From positions 70,762-134,761 of the IMG/VR virus record IMGVR_UViG_3300020429_000529: a stretch of 64,000 nucleotides of DNA; one strand, written 5' to 3'. Below are positions 20,101-29,355 of this stretch, one piece after another (the stretch's first letter is position 1; every line of letters starts with the position of its first letter). Under the pieces are notes generated by a model that had not been told where the DNA came from, did not search any database, and saw only the letters and a program-made list of their open reading frames with translations. The stretch comes from a virus. The position numbers and the translations under genes are program-made.

Positions 20101-21654
20101 GGGGCCAACAGAGCCGTCCATGTCAATAGCTCAAACAACGGACTAACTTCTGCTTCTGCTGTTACCATTAGCGGAAACGAGATCACGCTTGGTAACTCTG
20201 GTACCCAGGGCGAAATCTACATTGTCTCTGGCGGTAGCGGAGGTGTTGCTTTCCAAGAGCTTCCGTTCCAGGGCGATCACGTTGCCAAGATTGTTTCTGA
20301 GTCATCGTATTCTGCCGACTTTGAACTAACGCTTCCTGGTATTACAGGAACGTTCATGATGCTCGAAGGAACGCAGACGGTTTCTGGCGATAAGACATTT
20401 GAGAGCGGCACATTTAATCTCGCGGGGTCATCTTCGGGCGTTGCAACGCTAACATATGCAGCAACAGCAACGGATCGTAGCTACATTGTCCCTGTAACGA
20501 CGACTAACAGTCAGACGCTCGTCATTGCTGAGACAGAGACAGATTCATCTTATGCCCTGTTCGCAACTGCAACGTCAGGTTCTCCTGAGTATCGAGCAAT
20601 CACAACAGCAGATATTGAGGACTTCAGTCTTGGTTCTGCTGAGGACAACTCGTATCTTCGCTATGTCGGAGGGTCTCAGAACGAATGGATCAGCGACGTT
20701 ATTCCTGGCGTCAATGGAAACATCTTCTACAACAACGATGGCATCTTTGGTGCCGTCTCGGAAATGAACTGGGATGAAGCGAATGAGGCGCTGATTCTTG
20801 GATCGGGACTATCAAAGCAGTTTTCAACTCTTCCTGGTTTGAATTTTGAGATTGCTGGCGAGGGCAGCGGTGTTACGGGTATGAACATTTCGACAAGCGG
20901 AACAACTGCTGCTCCGCTATTCGTGATGTCAAGGTCGAGAGGTACTCTTTCGGCTCAGACTAATGTATCCACCAGCGATTATCTTGGTCAGAGCGTTTAC
21001 TACGGGTACAATAGCTCTGCGGGAACTGGCTACGCTCTTTCTGCCTTACTTGAGATACGAGTTGACAACTTTACCTCTGCAACGACTTATCTTCCGGCTC
21101 GATTTGAATTCCGAGTAGGAAACTCGACGGGAACGTCGCTATTAACACCATTGATCGTCAATGGAGACGGATTGAGCGTTTCTGGCGATGTTCTGGCTTC
21201 CGGAAATGTTGTGATATCTGGCGACCTTACGGTTCAGGGCACAACGACCACCATTGATACTCAGAACCTCATCGTCGAGGACAACTTCATTGTTGTCAAC
21301 AGCATGGGCATTGTTCAAAATGCTGGTATTGAAGTCGATCGAGGTCATGCCGGATCTGGTAACAACGCATTTCTGCTTTTCGATGAAGATGCCGATGAAT
21401 GGTATGTAGACAACAGCCAGGGAACTTGGCAGATTGCCAGGAAGCTTTCCGCTACGATCACGGGAACAGGAGGAGACTCAACCTTTACAGTTACTCACGG
21501 CATGAACACAACGGATGTAGTTGTTCAGGTTTACAACTCAAGCGGTGTTCAGGTTTCAGTTCAGATTACGGCTTCTGACCCTGATGAGGTAGACATAACT
21601 TTCAAAACTGCCCCAGCGCCAGCAGTAACATACCAGGTGGTGGTTGTAGGATAA
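14119..21654 (+). CDS. Giant fibre protein 1 (2511 aa)
   Basis: Repeated LxDLxDV..DG..LxYVGGS..W, DHxxLxxLxDDDHxQY, EGSNLYFT, RGGTG, GDLTVQGTTTTID motifs; C-terminal VTHGMNTTDVVVQVY domain. Confidence 0.8.
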   Translation: MPFTDESQIKVAFKKLIGRAHTTNDKEFFNEAKFSQISIFAFEVFGQEIPSDPQAAVDAGLVEYVEADLVLDGTSNGKSYVARFPAGYNGYFGSGVAGSDIGPIASAIPASINSSLVDSGHTGGFAPGLYDNGVLVPATSTEDWVFDPVAMIVTSEDDLSLASTGTLQIYLYIGDTVQDHINNTNNPHEVALADLIDLNISGSMAPDDGDLLIFVGGSLNEWQTIPSSSVGVTDHGDLTGLSDDDHTQYVTNSPALDARNVIQPTSSPRRALRIMSSSDGPGTWDFFDVTEAGGTQLMRFENDSGDYSLYFENGLATIFDTNTYFNNFVALTDSNDTPTRAVRLAAPTTLANIAGYTITLPTTVGDAGEILIVVDGSSIESELGWGRLSINDLVDVVIGEGLQDGYILQYVGGSIDEWQAVNPGGIGGGVTDHGALDGLSDDDHTQYVVKTPGSSTRNRIQPTSNYTALSLKAFSASSGPLFLITDTSDQSLFQVDQSTGNISFGGATSSNQTLLATNASGTQKTATFPDVTGQVMMTTATQTVTGTTIFTSLDLAVQGGGAFSTFFRGTATTTQIIDIPDESGTLVLAGALPAGAGQFLRSTGASYLASWESLSLEDLPDISLDDLSDVIGTGANDGDVLVYVGGSLNYWEPQAIDNIDNIAPADASYITAVTESSLPQSRLLVQGTGIQILDSGGGSNLVIASNDSEIDHSALLNLTQDDHTQYVITSPSSSARNLVTASSSTVIPLTLRGAASHSVNLFVVENSAGTDLVYVESSGNLVARGSIKGGGSAGTADSVAFILDNSGLGGGPRTFTFPNTAGQIMTINSSQTITGTKTFTLADLRFTGSSSSHGWIFATSKTSGGFDNLNVPGITTGDVTMLITENVSVTAGEVAVAASTTVGAVDFRPLAFSDLPDISLDDLSDVIGTGASDGDILVYVGGSLNYWEPSAFSDLLPDNIVYTEGFQDIPGSKRFDSALISGIGLASTQLSSQATTNQSASFPDASGNVVLALSNPTEAGQFFVAFDSSNTVGEWKSIEISDLPDIDLDDLADVDAPSPTDGYVLTYVGGSINSWQAQPLPSDAVGILSLNSQTGSSQTFSESNDTNVTISISSSSNDHEFAMGWNGQLAIVRGGTGASSQQGAINNLAGFTTRGDLLVEDSSGDASRLALGASGTVLYSDGSDPTWTALTTDEVSEGSNLYFTEERVDDRVAALIQDGIGLTWTYTDGSNTLVGDVSLSPFDTGDLAEGSNLYFTNERVDDRVAALIQDGTGLSWTYVDGSDTLTGNVSLAPFDTDDLSEGSTNLYWTDVRFDESFAEAIGNTLLTELLDVNTPTPADGYVLTYVGGSIDEWRALPLPSDSVGIQSINGQTGSIQTFSDSDDTNVTLTITSSANDHEFALGWTGDLSVSRGGTGLSTLTDGAVLVGNGTSAVQSVAMGAGEVLIGNGAGSDPSSAELIEGTGISITSGAGSIEISTNDSEIDHGSLAGLSDDDHSQYIHDSPSSSARNLIGALGTTVTPLTLRGAPGHTADMLVIENSGGTDLATFSSAGALTLSNASGHINLETDSQSIRIGNTTGLSGAAIYSVGDGSARSFVLDYYGTTGTASPEIILRRARGSASSPGNLSTVGDDLGAISWFGYNSSAGSFVSTARIIAETTQSFAANAAGTKLEFQTLDESIPGSPSTKLRLSTEGVRAIDRLYLSAVSEVTSTDYVLAYDDVTDEVSMIAFDIAALSDINTTGADDGDILVYEGGSVDQWRPYTIPGNDGNLLYRDQSRIGALPRVNWDDAEQALIVGVQSTAENAATTDSLLEFIGNSTKQADVCFTQVSGDATAGGLVFWKARGSLNALANVQDNDRLGEFFFYGQTGIGSNNGFGIGGSITMDVDGTPTGSAAFVPSTLSINVSNGSTIATMMQVVNNSHTAFLSDIRVLNQNAVRFYETGSANYIEFQAAGTMAGNITYTWPDADGSATDYLSTNGGGVLSWSDATGLLDSHGANRAVHVNSSNNGLTSASAVTISGNEITLGNSGTQGEIYIVSGGSGGVAFQELPFQGDHVAKIVSESSYSADFELTLPGITGTFMMLEGTQTVSGDKTFESGTFNLAGSSSGVATLTYAATATDRSYIVPVTTTNSQTLVIAETETDSSYALFATATSGSPEYRAITTADIEDFSLGSAEDNSYLRYVGGSQNEWISDVIPGVNGNIFYNNDGIFGAVSEMNWDEANEALILGSGLSKQFSTLPGLNFEIAGEGSGVTGMNISTSGTTAAPLFVMSRSRGTLSAQTNVSTSDYLGQSVYYGYNSSAGTGYALSALLEIRVDNFTSATTYLPARFEFRVGNSTGTSLLTPLIVNGDGLSVSGDVLASGNVVISGDLTVQGTTTTIDTQNLIVEDNFIVVNSMGIVQNAGIEVDRGHAGSGNNAFLLFDEDADEWYVDNSQGTWQIARKLSATITGTGGDSTFTVTHGMNTTDVVVQVYNSSGVQVSVQITASDPDEVDITFKTAPAPAVTYQVVVVG

Positions 21655-24600
21655 TCGATGAGCAGACAGTTCTTCAATGAGATTGAGTTTGGCGAAACGG
21701 ATCAGCTTGTGACCTATGGGTCAGGCTCTCCCGAAAGCTCTGTTTCTGCGCCCGTAGGAAGCATCTATCTTCGCAGCGATGGAGCCTCTGGCTCTGCTGT
21801 TTACGTCAAGACTTCGGGCACGGGCAACACAGGCTGGGAAGCTGTTGTAGATGCTGGTTCAACGATTGATGGCAGCGGCGGAGCTAACCGAGTTGCATAT
21901 TGGTCGGATGCTGATACTTTAACAAGTAATGCGAATTTCACGTTCAGCAGCGGCAATCTCTCTGTTCCAGGCGATGTCATCATTGATTCTCATCTCCTTG
22001 CATCAACAAGGCTTCAGAGCAGCGCTACGGTTTCTCCAAAAACGCTCACGTTTCCTGATGTAACGGGCAATGTTGTTGCGTCTACGGACACTCCGTCTGA
22101 GGTCGGTTACTTCCTGCGATCAACGTCATCTGGCGATGCTATTGGCTCCTGGGTCGCCCTCGACCCTAATGACATTCCTGACTTGACGCTCGACTTCCTC
22201 GTTGATGTTGATGCGGCGAATGCCACAGACGGCGATATACTTCAGTACGTTGGCGGTTCGTTGAACTATTGGACAACGGTCCCTGCTTCGAGCATTGGCG
22301 GCGGTATCTCTGGTAGCGGAACAGAGGACGAGATTGCCATTTGGGGTCCGAGCGACACTCTTATTGGGGATTCCAATCTAACCTATGACGGCAGCGTGAT
22401 AACGCTCGGCGGCGGCGACGATTTTCTCGCTACAAGCACCGGCTCCATTGTAACGCTTGGTCGTTCAAGCCTTGATACTGGCGTTCAGATTAGCGGAACA
22501 GGCGGAAGCGGTTCCTCGAACCTATGGAGAAGCTACACCTACAAGAGCTTCAACTCTACCTCTCGAAGTATACTTCAGTTCTACGCCTCAAGAGGATCTG
22601 GTCCTGGTTCTGAATCAACGATTACAAGCGGCGATTACCTCGGTTCTTTGGAGTGGTACGGTGTCAACACTGGCAGTACGTTTACCAATACCGCAGAGAT
22701 CAGAGTTACCGCTTCTGAAAACTGGTCTGGATCGGCAGCGGGTTCGAGAATGGGGTTCTTTACCCTCAATGATTCTGTTGCTGCTTCTCCTTCTGAGCGA
22801 CTAAGGATATCGACGGAAGGTATAAGATCGTTTGTTGATGTGTATGCCAATGCTGATGTTTTCTTGCCCAATATCAGCAACACCGAAACCTCTTACGTTG
22901 TCTACTTCAACGATTCAACAGGCGAGATAACATACGGAGATGCTCCGTCTGGCGGCGGTGCTGTTGAGCTTAATGAGCTTCTTGACGTTAGTGTTGGCGA
23001 TGCAACTGATGACGATGTTCTTGCATATGTTGGCGGTTCGGTAGGCGGATGGTTCCCGTTTGACGGGTATATCACAAAGACACCTGATACCTCGACTCGT
23101 AACCGCATTACTCCTGTTGGAAGCACAACTGCTCTTGATATCAGGATGCCATCTGGCAATACTGCAAATCCGTTGATAATAACTGAAGGTTCTTCAAGTC
23201 TCTTTGCTGTTACAGATGACGGTTATGCAGTTACCTATGGCGGTTTCATAATCAATCAGACAAGCGGAGCGACCAGACTAAGCTGGGCTGGTAACGTTCT
23301 TGGAGCAACTTACTCTTATATTGAATCGACGCAACCATCGTTCAATCGAACAGCAGGCTATATCCTGCTTTCTGCTGGTTCTGCTGATGCTGGCTATCTT
23401 GATGTTTCGGGCAGCACAGCAGCGGGTGGTCATCTTGATCTGTCGGGCGGATCTGCTTCCGGCGCATCCGCCGGATCTATCGATCTATCCGGAGGATCTG
23501 CCGCATCTGCTGCTGGCGGATCTATTACCTCGACTGGCGATTCGAGCGGCGGTTCGGGAGCTTCGATAATTGGTTCTGCTTCGTCAGGTTTTTCTGGCGG
23601 CGCAATCATAACTTCAGCGGGTACAGGCGGCGCAGGAGGCGTCATTGCTACGTCGGGTGGCACAAGCGGCGCGGGCGGCACTATTCTGACCAATGATGGC
23701 GGCGGTAACATCATCACCAATAGCTCGGTTTCGAGCTACATCGGGTTTGGTCCATCTGGTAACAGAATTACACTCAGGACTTTGAATCCTGCATCTGATC
23801 ACACTCAAACTCTTCCCGAGACATCTGGTTATGTCCTCGTAGATCCTGATTCAACAACTGTTGCGGGTCGGGCGGCTTTTTCAACTGCGGTTGAGGGCGT
23901 CATCGAGATGCGAGATATCGAGTTTGGAGATATCTCGGGCATCAATGTTGATGGATCGTTTGTTCCTAACGATGGCGACTATCTGCAATACTTTGGCGGT
24001 TCGATCGACGAATGGCGATCGACTCCAACTCTTGAGTTTGAGAGGATTGTTGTAGATGAAGTTTCTGTGCCAACGAATACTAACTTTCATCCGATTGTTG
24101 GAATCGATGAAGATGGACGGCTGATTCGTTCTCAGAATACTGCAAGCGCTGATTCTGTCGCTTACATATTCTCTACTGGCGGTTTGGGAGTTCAATCAGA
24201 CAACAGCCTTGGCGCAATTACTCTTACAGGGTACGGCGGCTCGTTTGATGAGCTTGGCGGCGGAGCTATTGTTTGGCAGAGAGGATATGGCTCTGCTGCT
24301 TCGCCGTCTACAGTCTCAAAGGGTCCATTCTTCATCTTCACTGATGGTCGAGGAACGGCTCAGGGCAGTTCTCTCGGATTCTTCCAGGCGCAAGGTTACA
24401 ACGGAACAACATGGGCGAACGCTGCTTGGCTTGGAGCGTTTGTTGACCAAGAGTCGCCGAATCCTATTGGTTCAGCTACAAACCAGATGCCGGGTCGTTG
24501 GGTCTTCATGACAAGCGCGGGAGACGGAACCGAGCCCTTCCCCTCGCCTGCTCTGATTGTCAAGTCAAACAAAAATGTTGAAATCTCTCGCGGTAACTTG

Positions 24601-25380
24601 CAGCTATTCAGCGGCAACGGTATCGAGCTTTGGGATTCGGCTAATGCTGGTCACATACTTATCAGGCCGCCAACCTCGGTCACGGGCGATGGCAGCGAGT
24701 CGCAGCTTATTCTGACGCTTCCCAATACTGGCGGTCAGCCCGATCAGGCACTTCTGACGGACGGTACTGGTGTTCTTCGATGGGGCGATGTTTCTTCGAG
24801 CGGAGAAGGAACAGGTCACTTCTCTGTATCCGTTGATCTCGATGATGATGGAGTCTCGTTCAATACAACAGGAACAGATAGATCTAACATCTTTGATAGC
24901 GATAACTGGACTGCCTATAGCTCGACAACTCACTCAAGCTCTGATGTGACCTATACTGCATCTACAGGTATATTTACCGTTGAGAAGGATGGTATTTTTG
25001 CCATGTCCGTTGTTCTGTCTATGACAAGCAATCAGACAGGATCAGTCTTTGCTGTTGAGATTGATATCAACGGAACCACGGAAAACTCGATCAACCACAT
25101 GGTCTATTCGACCGTTCTTTCGCCGATGGTCGCCAATGTTGAGATCATCAAAGAGCTTACTGAAGGCGATGAGATTGAGTTCTATATCCATCTTCAGTCT
25201 CCGACTTCAACAAATGTTACTGGCACTGTTCTTGCAGGAACAACAGCCAACATTCATGAAGTTGCTGCAGGAGGCAGCGCTGCGACCGCTCTCAACGATC
25301 TGACAGATGTCAATGTTCCAAACCCATCGGACGGAGAATGCCTTTGCTATGTTGGCGGATCGATCAACGAATGGCAGGCT
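14690..25380 (+). repeat. Twelve copies of the spacer LxxLxDV-x(5-8)-DG-xx-L-x-(Y/F)xGGSxxxW across both fibres
   Basis: (Y/F)xGGS at about 14758, 15346, 16045, 16933, 17317, 18151, 19366, 20662, 22246, 23026, 23989, 25348. Confidence 0.85.
17690..18060 (+). repeat. Three tandem T(D/G)xxxEGSxNLY(F/W)T repeats
   Basis: TTDEVSEGSNLYFTEERVDDRVAALIQDG, DTGDLAEGSNLYFTNERVDDRVAALIQDG, DTDDLSEGSTNLYWT. Confidence 0.85.
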
Positions 25381-28014
25381 ATGGAGGTTGGGGCGGATGC
25401 TTATGTCGGCATTTGGGCAGAAGAGTCAGCAACTATTTCTACAGGAACAAACAGCGGATTCCAGTGGTCATTTGGTAATGGCGATACTCCCGGCGCTGGA
25501 GACGGTATCCATATCCCTGTTGACTGCGATCTTGTTCTGCTTGGAATATCGAGCGAAACAAGCGGTACAGCTACCGTCAGTTTGAGCGTCAACGGATCTG
25601 AGCCAGCGGGAGCGGACGTTTCAACTACCGCTCAGTCGAATAACTTCGTAACCTTTGCAGATGGCGAACAGTCGTTTAGCGCTGGCGATATCATCAACTT
25701 TAGAACAACAGCATATACTTCAGGCCATACTGGCGGATCTCGCGTTGTTGCTTGGTTCAAGACATCAGCGGGAGCTTCTGGCGGCGGAGGCGGAACGCCT
25801 GGCGGATCTGATACTCAGGTTCAATACAACGACAGCGGATCGTTTGGCGGAGATGCAGATTTTACCTGGAACGATTCAACGAACACGCTGACCGTTGCAG
25901 GAACCATTGATGCTACTACTGTTGATGCTACGACTCTCGTTTCTCCGGGTAGCGATACCGAGATCCTTGTCAATACTGGCGGAAACATCGGCAGCGAGGC
26001 AGCGTTTACTTACAATGATGCTACGAACACGATGCAGATCGCTACAGGATTTGTTGTTCTTAGCGGAGATTCTGGTCTTTCTGTTGGAGAAACCACAACT
26101 ACCGCAGGCGGCTTGAGGTTCAAGAGAAACTCAGCTTCCGCTGCGTTTATCCGAATGAACAACGACAATGGTACGGAGTTCGGCGGACAGATGCGGACGC
26201 TTGGCACCGCTCAAGGTTTTGCATGGACGGACTTGGCGGCTTCGTCTGAGTGGATGAGAATTACTTCCAATCCGTTCCTCGGCATCGGGACCAATGACCC
26301 TCTTGTTTCGATCCATGCCTATGACAATGGAACAACAACTTCTCGATTGATTTTCGAGACAACATCAACTTCGAATCAGCCTGGATTCCAAGTCCAGTGG
26401 GATCATAGCGCGACTCGTCGAGCGCTTATGAGAGGCTTGGCGGCGACGAACTCTACGATCAACTCGCCAGGCGGAGCGACTGCTACCGAATGGCAATGGT
26501 ACACGAGAGATTCAAGCGGTACTTTGAACCAGAACATGATTCTGGATCAGGATGGTCATCTCAATATCAACCTTGCCAACGAGGTTCGTCTTTGGAATGC
26601 GACAGGCTGGTCGGGCGGCAACTACATCGGCTTCTCTGCGTCAGGCGCTACAGGAACGCAGACATACATCCTTCCGACAGCGGTCGGTTCGAGCGGTCAG
26701 TATCTTGAGCTTGACAACTCGGGCACGGGTCAGTTGGTTTGGTCTACTCCGAGCGGTTCGGGCGTATCGTTTGGCTCAAACGATCAGATTCCGCATATGA
26801 ATGTTGGAGGAAGCGACTTTGACTACAGCGCAAACCTGACATTTAACGGAACTGCTCTGCAGACAAATATCATCAGAACGGGTAACGGTTCGGTTTCGGC
26901 ACCTGGCCACTCATTTACTTCTGACACAAACTCTGGTTTGTATCTGATTGCTGATGATAACTTTGCCATCTCCGCTGGCGGCGTTGCGATGATGGAGTTT
27001 ACCGAAGCAGGCACGGACTTCATCGAATCATTTGTTCAGCATAGATTTTCCGATGGCTCTCTCGCCGCTCCTGGTATTTCTTTTGTAAGCGATACGGATT
27101 GCGGTATTTATCGTATTACGACTGACAATATCGCCATTGTCGCTGGCGGCGTCAATATGATGGAGTTTACGGAATCAACAACTGACATAATTCAATCTCT
27201 CGTTACTCACGAACTTACGGATGGTTCTCTTTCGACTTTGGCTCTTCGTTTCTCAAGCGATACCAATAACGGCATGTATTACCGAAGCACTGACGAGTGG
27301 GCTTTGGTAGCAGGCGGCGTTGAGATGATTATTCTTGACGAGAGTTCGCCTGACAATGTTGTCATTCCTGTAAGTCTCGTCTTTGGTTCAACAACGAACT
27401 ACACAGGATTTACTCAGGCCTTTACTGGTACGCCTGACGGGACTATTTGGGCATTGCCCTCTTCGGACGGCAGCGAAGGCCAGGTCATGAAGACCGATGG
27501 CTTTGGCGAGCTTTTCTGGGACAACCCCATCGGCGCAGGCACTTCATTCCCAAGCACTCCTGATGACGGCCTCTACTACCATCGAACCGATGATGACTGG
27601 CTGTATCACAACGATGACGGGCGAGGTCGTTGGCTTGGAGAGCTTGAAACCTATACCTTCTCCTTCAGCGGTACAACAACATCTGATACCTATCTCTACT
27701 GTAACAACGTACAGCATTCGTCGTCGTTTACGAATGGTATCTACACGCCTTATGACTTCACTGTTGTCGGCATGACGTTCACAAACGCCAACAGCGTCAG
27801 CGGAACTATCGAGGTTGAGTCCGCATTCAATGGAACGATTGCATCGTTGTCGCTTTCGAGTGATTCTATTGCAGAGGACATGACGCTCAATGGGTTTGCG
27901 GGAACAGATGTTTGGAAGGTCTTCATTGATTATACATCAGGAACCTTCGAGGACGTAACGGTTACTGTTTACATTCGTAGAGATCGAGGATCGAGCAGCG
28001 GAGGTATCGCCTAA
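21658..28014 (+). CDS. Giant fibre protein 2 (2118 aa)
   Basis: N-terminal GSGSPE..VSAPVGSIYLRSDG..YVKTSG.GNTGW, YVGGS spacers, Gly/Ser beta-helix-like repeats, PGGSDTQVQYND.GSFGG. Confidence 0.8.
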   Translation: MSRQFFNEIEFGETDQLVTYGSGSPESSVSAPVGSIYLRSDGASGSAVYVKTSGTGNTGWEAVVDAGSTIDGSGGANRVAYWSDADTLTSNANFTFSSGNLSVPGDVIIDSHLLASTRLQSSATVSPKTLTFPDVTGNVVASTDTPSEVGYFLRSTSSGDAIGSWVALDPNDIPDLTLDFLVDVDAANATDGDILQYVGGSLNYWTTVPASSIGGGISGSGTEDEIAIWGPSDTLIGDSNLTYDGSVITLGGGDDFLATSTGSIVTLGRSSLDTGVQISGTGGSGSSNLWRSYTYKSFNSTSRSILQFYASRGSGPGSESTITSGDYLGSLEWYGVNTGSTFTNTAEIRVTASENWSGSAAGSRMGFFTLNDSVAASPSERLRISTEGIRSFVDVYANADVFLPNISNTETSYVVYFNDSTGEITYGDAPSGGGAVELNELLDVSVGDATDDDVLAYVGGSVGGWFPFDGYITKTPDTSTRNRITPVGSTTALDIRMPSGNTANPLIITEGSSSLFAVTDDGYAVTYGGFIINQTSGATRLSWAGNVLGATYSYIESTQPSFNRTAGYILLSAGSADAGYLDVSGSTAAGGHLDLSGGSASGASAGSIDLSGGSAASAAGGSITSTGDSSGGSGASIIGSASSGFSGGAIITSAGTGGAGGVIATSGGTSGAGGTILTNDGGGNIITNSSVSSYIGFGPSGNRITLRTLNPASDHTQTLPETSGYVLVDPDSTTVAGRAAFSTAVEGVIEMRDIEFGDISGINVDGSFVPNDGDYLQYFGGSIDEWRSTPTLEFERIVVDEVSVPTNTNFHPIVGIDEDGRLIRSQNTASADSVAYIFSTGGLGVQSDNSLGAITLTGYGGSFDELGGGAIVWQRGYGSAASPSTVSKGPFFIFTDGRGTAQGSSLGFFQAQGYNGTTWANAAWLGAFVDQESPNPIGSATNQMPGRWVFMTSAGDGTEPFPSPALIVKSNKNVEISRGNLQLFSGNGIELWDSANAGHILIRPPTSVTGDGSESQLILTLPNTGGQPDQALLTDGTGVLRWGDVSSSGEGTGHFSVSVDLDDDGVSFNTTGTDRSNIFDSDNWTAYSSTTHSSSDVTYTASTGIFTVEKDGIFAMSVVLSMTSNQTGSVFAVEIDINGTTENSINHMVYSTVLSPMVANVEIIKELTEGDEIEFYIHLQSPTSTNVTGTVLAGTTANIHEVAAGGSAATALNDLTDVNVPNPSDGECLCYVGGSINEWQAMEVGADAYVGIWAEESATISTGTNSGFQWSFGNGDTPGAGDGIHIPVDCDLVLLGISSETSGTATVSLSVNGSEPAGADVSTTAQSNNFVTFADGEQSFSAGDIINFRTTAYTSGHTGGSRVVAWFKTSAGASGGGGGTPGGSDTQVQYNDSGSFGGDADFTWNDSTNTLTVAGTIDATTVDATTLVSPGSDTEILVNTGGNIGSEAAFTYNDATNTMQIATGFVVLSGDSGLSVGETTTTAGGLRFKRNSASAAFIRMNNDNGTEFGGQMRTLGTAQGFAWTDLAASSEWMRITSNPFLGIGTNDPLVSIHAYDNGTTTSRLIFETTSTSNQPGFQVQWDHSATRRALMRGLAATNSTINSPGGATATEWQWYTRDSSGTLNQNMILDQDGHLNINLANEVRLWNATGWSGGNYIGFSASGATGTQTYILPTAVGSSGQYLELDNSGTGQLVWSTPSGSGVSFGSNDQIPHMNVGGSDFDYSANLTFNGTALQTNIIRTGNGSVSAPGHSFTSDTNSGLYLIADDNFAISAGGVAMMEFTEAGTDFIESFVQHRFSDGSLAAPGISFVSDTDCGIYRITTDNIAIVAGGVNMMEFTESTTDIIQSLVTHELTDGSLSTLALRFSSDTNNGMYYRSTDEWALVAGGVEMIILDESSPDNVVIPVSLVFGSTTNYTGFTQAFTGTPDGTIWALPSSDGSEGQVMKTDGFGELFWDNPIGAGTSFPSTPDDGLYYHRTDDDWLYHNDDGRGRWLGELETYTFSFSGTTTSDTYLYCNNVQHSSSFTNGIYTPYDFTVVGMTFTNANSVSGTIEVESAFNGTIASLSLSSDSIAEDMTLNGFAGTDVWKVFIDYTSGTFEDVTVTVYIRRDRGSSSGGIA
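26875..27340 (+). repeat. Three tandem (D/N)GSxxxxxxxFxSDTxxGxY..D..A..AGGV repeats
   Basis: Visible in the translation of fibre 2. Confidence 0.8.
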
Positions 28015-28553
28015 TGGATCTTCGCTACTACAGGGAGATTCCCGATTTCTTGCCCAGAGAACAATGTCTCCGCATCGTTCGCATCCTTGAGAGCAAGGAC
28101 AACTGGAAAGAAGCCATTGTCATCAATAGGGATGGATCAACTGGACCCTCAAAGAATCGCAAACAACTCACGGTTAGAGACCAAGAGGCAGATGAGGAAG
28201 AAAACGGTCTCGGACATGCTCTTCATGCAAGAATGAAAGCAGAGATCAAAGAGATTGAAAAGTACGGAGAACCTGTTCTTTGGCAGTTTCAGAAGAACAG
28301 AGCCGGAGACTATTTTGGTTGGCATGAGGACTCTTCGCCAGCAAGACCTCTTGAGGCAACGTGTATTCTGTATCTTTCCGATGAGAAGAGTCATGAGCTT
28401 CAAGGGGGAGCAACCGAGTTGCGACAAGGTTCAAGAAGCGTTCTGATTGAGCCCGAAGTCGGGAAGCTTGTGGTGTTTTGCTCAAAGAATCCCCATAGAG
28501 GCCAAGAGGTTCGAAACGGGTTGAAGTACGCTTTTGTTTCGTGTTTCAACTGA
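28014..28553 (+). CDS. 2OG-Fe(II) oxygenase (prolyl 4-hydroxylase-like)
   Basis: FGWHED (HxD), ILYL, GGATEL, GKLVVF, PHRG, LKY; TAATG overlap with fibre 2. Confidence 0.9.
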   Translation: MDLRYYREIPDFLPREQCLRIVRILESKDNWKEAIVINRDGSTGPSKNRKQLTVRDQEADEEENGLGHALHARMKAEIKEIEKYGEPVLWQFQKNRAGDYFGWHEDSSPARPLEATCILYLSDEKSHELQGGATELRQGSRSVLIEPEVGKLVVFCSKNPHRGQEVRNGLKYAFVSCFN

Positions 28554-28579
28554 GAGGGTTTTTGAAGTTTTGACCGTAT
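28554..28579 (+). promoter_or_regulatory. Class A putative late promoter (RAGG-N18/19-GWA)
   Basis: GAGG-N18-GTAT, intergenic. Confidence 0.45.
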
Positions 28580-28606
28580 TTACCAGAAGGCTCTACCCGA
28601 GGATCG

Positions 28607-29350
28607 ATGATGGCTTTGAAGATCGAGTTCAACGGGGAGGTTGGGGCGAACTTCTATGCCTTCTTGTTCGACGCAGTTGATAAGTCGAAGGCATTCAACC
28701 CGACCTCCAAACAGTTTGAGACTTTCTTGCTGACCAATCAGTCAGACTTTATCCTTGCGCTCGCAGAGGATGATGAGAGGCTCGGATACTACTCGTTCGC
28801 TATTTCTGATGTTTCAAACATTCCCGCGACAGAAGAGGGCAACTTCTATCTGGCGGAAGTGTATCAATCTCTCAATGTTCAGGTGAGCGGTTCTGGATCC
28901 GACGCATCAACCTCGATTGTCTACGACAGGGGCACAGATGACTTCTGCGGCGGGCGGCAGTTCTATTGGGACGGAACCCAAGAAGTAGACATCTGCGGCT
29001 GTGCGTCGTCTTCAGGCGGCTCCTGCGACCCCTCTGAGATTGCCGAAGCTGTATGGGGCAGCGAAACAAGGACTTTGACAGGAAATGTTGAAGTAGATGA
29101 GTCGGCGATTGCGGATGCAGTTTGGACAAGAGACGAGAGAACGCTAACTCAGGATCTCGAATGTCCCGAGCTTCCAGAGATCCCCGAGTGTCCTGATGAT
29201 TCGGATCAGTTGACCGAGATTCAGAATACATTGGCTGAGATTCTGGCAAAGCTCAACGCAACGCCTCAGCGACGTTTGCCGAATGCTCAAACGCCAAGAA
29301 TCGGACAGCCAGGAACAAACGCAGGAAACAGCGGTATCAACATTACCTAA
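28607..29350 (+). CDS. Putative structural protein
   Basis: Two IAxAVW...RTLT repeats (EIAEAVWGSETRTLT, AIADAVWTRDERTLT). Confidence 0.55.
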   Translation: MMALKIEFNGEVGANFYAFLFDAVDKSKAFNPTSKQFETFLLTNQSDFILALAEDDERLGYYSFAISDVSNIPATEEGNFYLAEVYQSLNVQVSGSGSDASTSIVYDRGTDDFCGGRQFYWDGTQEVDICGCASSSGGSCDPSEIAEAVWGSETRTLTGNVEVDESAIADAVWTRDERTLTQDLECPELPEIPECPDDSDQLTEIQNTLAEILAKLNATPQRRLPNAQTPRIGQPGTNAGNSGINIT

Positions 29351-29355
29351 CCCAA

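Noticed and set aside
14119-28014. CRISPR array, DGR template/variable repeats or invertible segments in the fibre repeats
   Set aside because: Repeats are in-frame and differ at synonymous positions rather than adenine-specifically; no reverse transcriptase, invertase or constant repeat-spacer period
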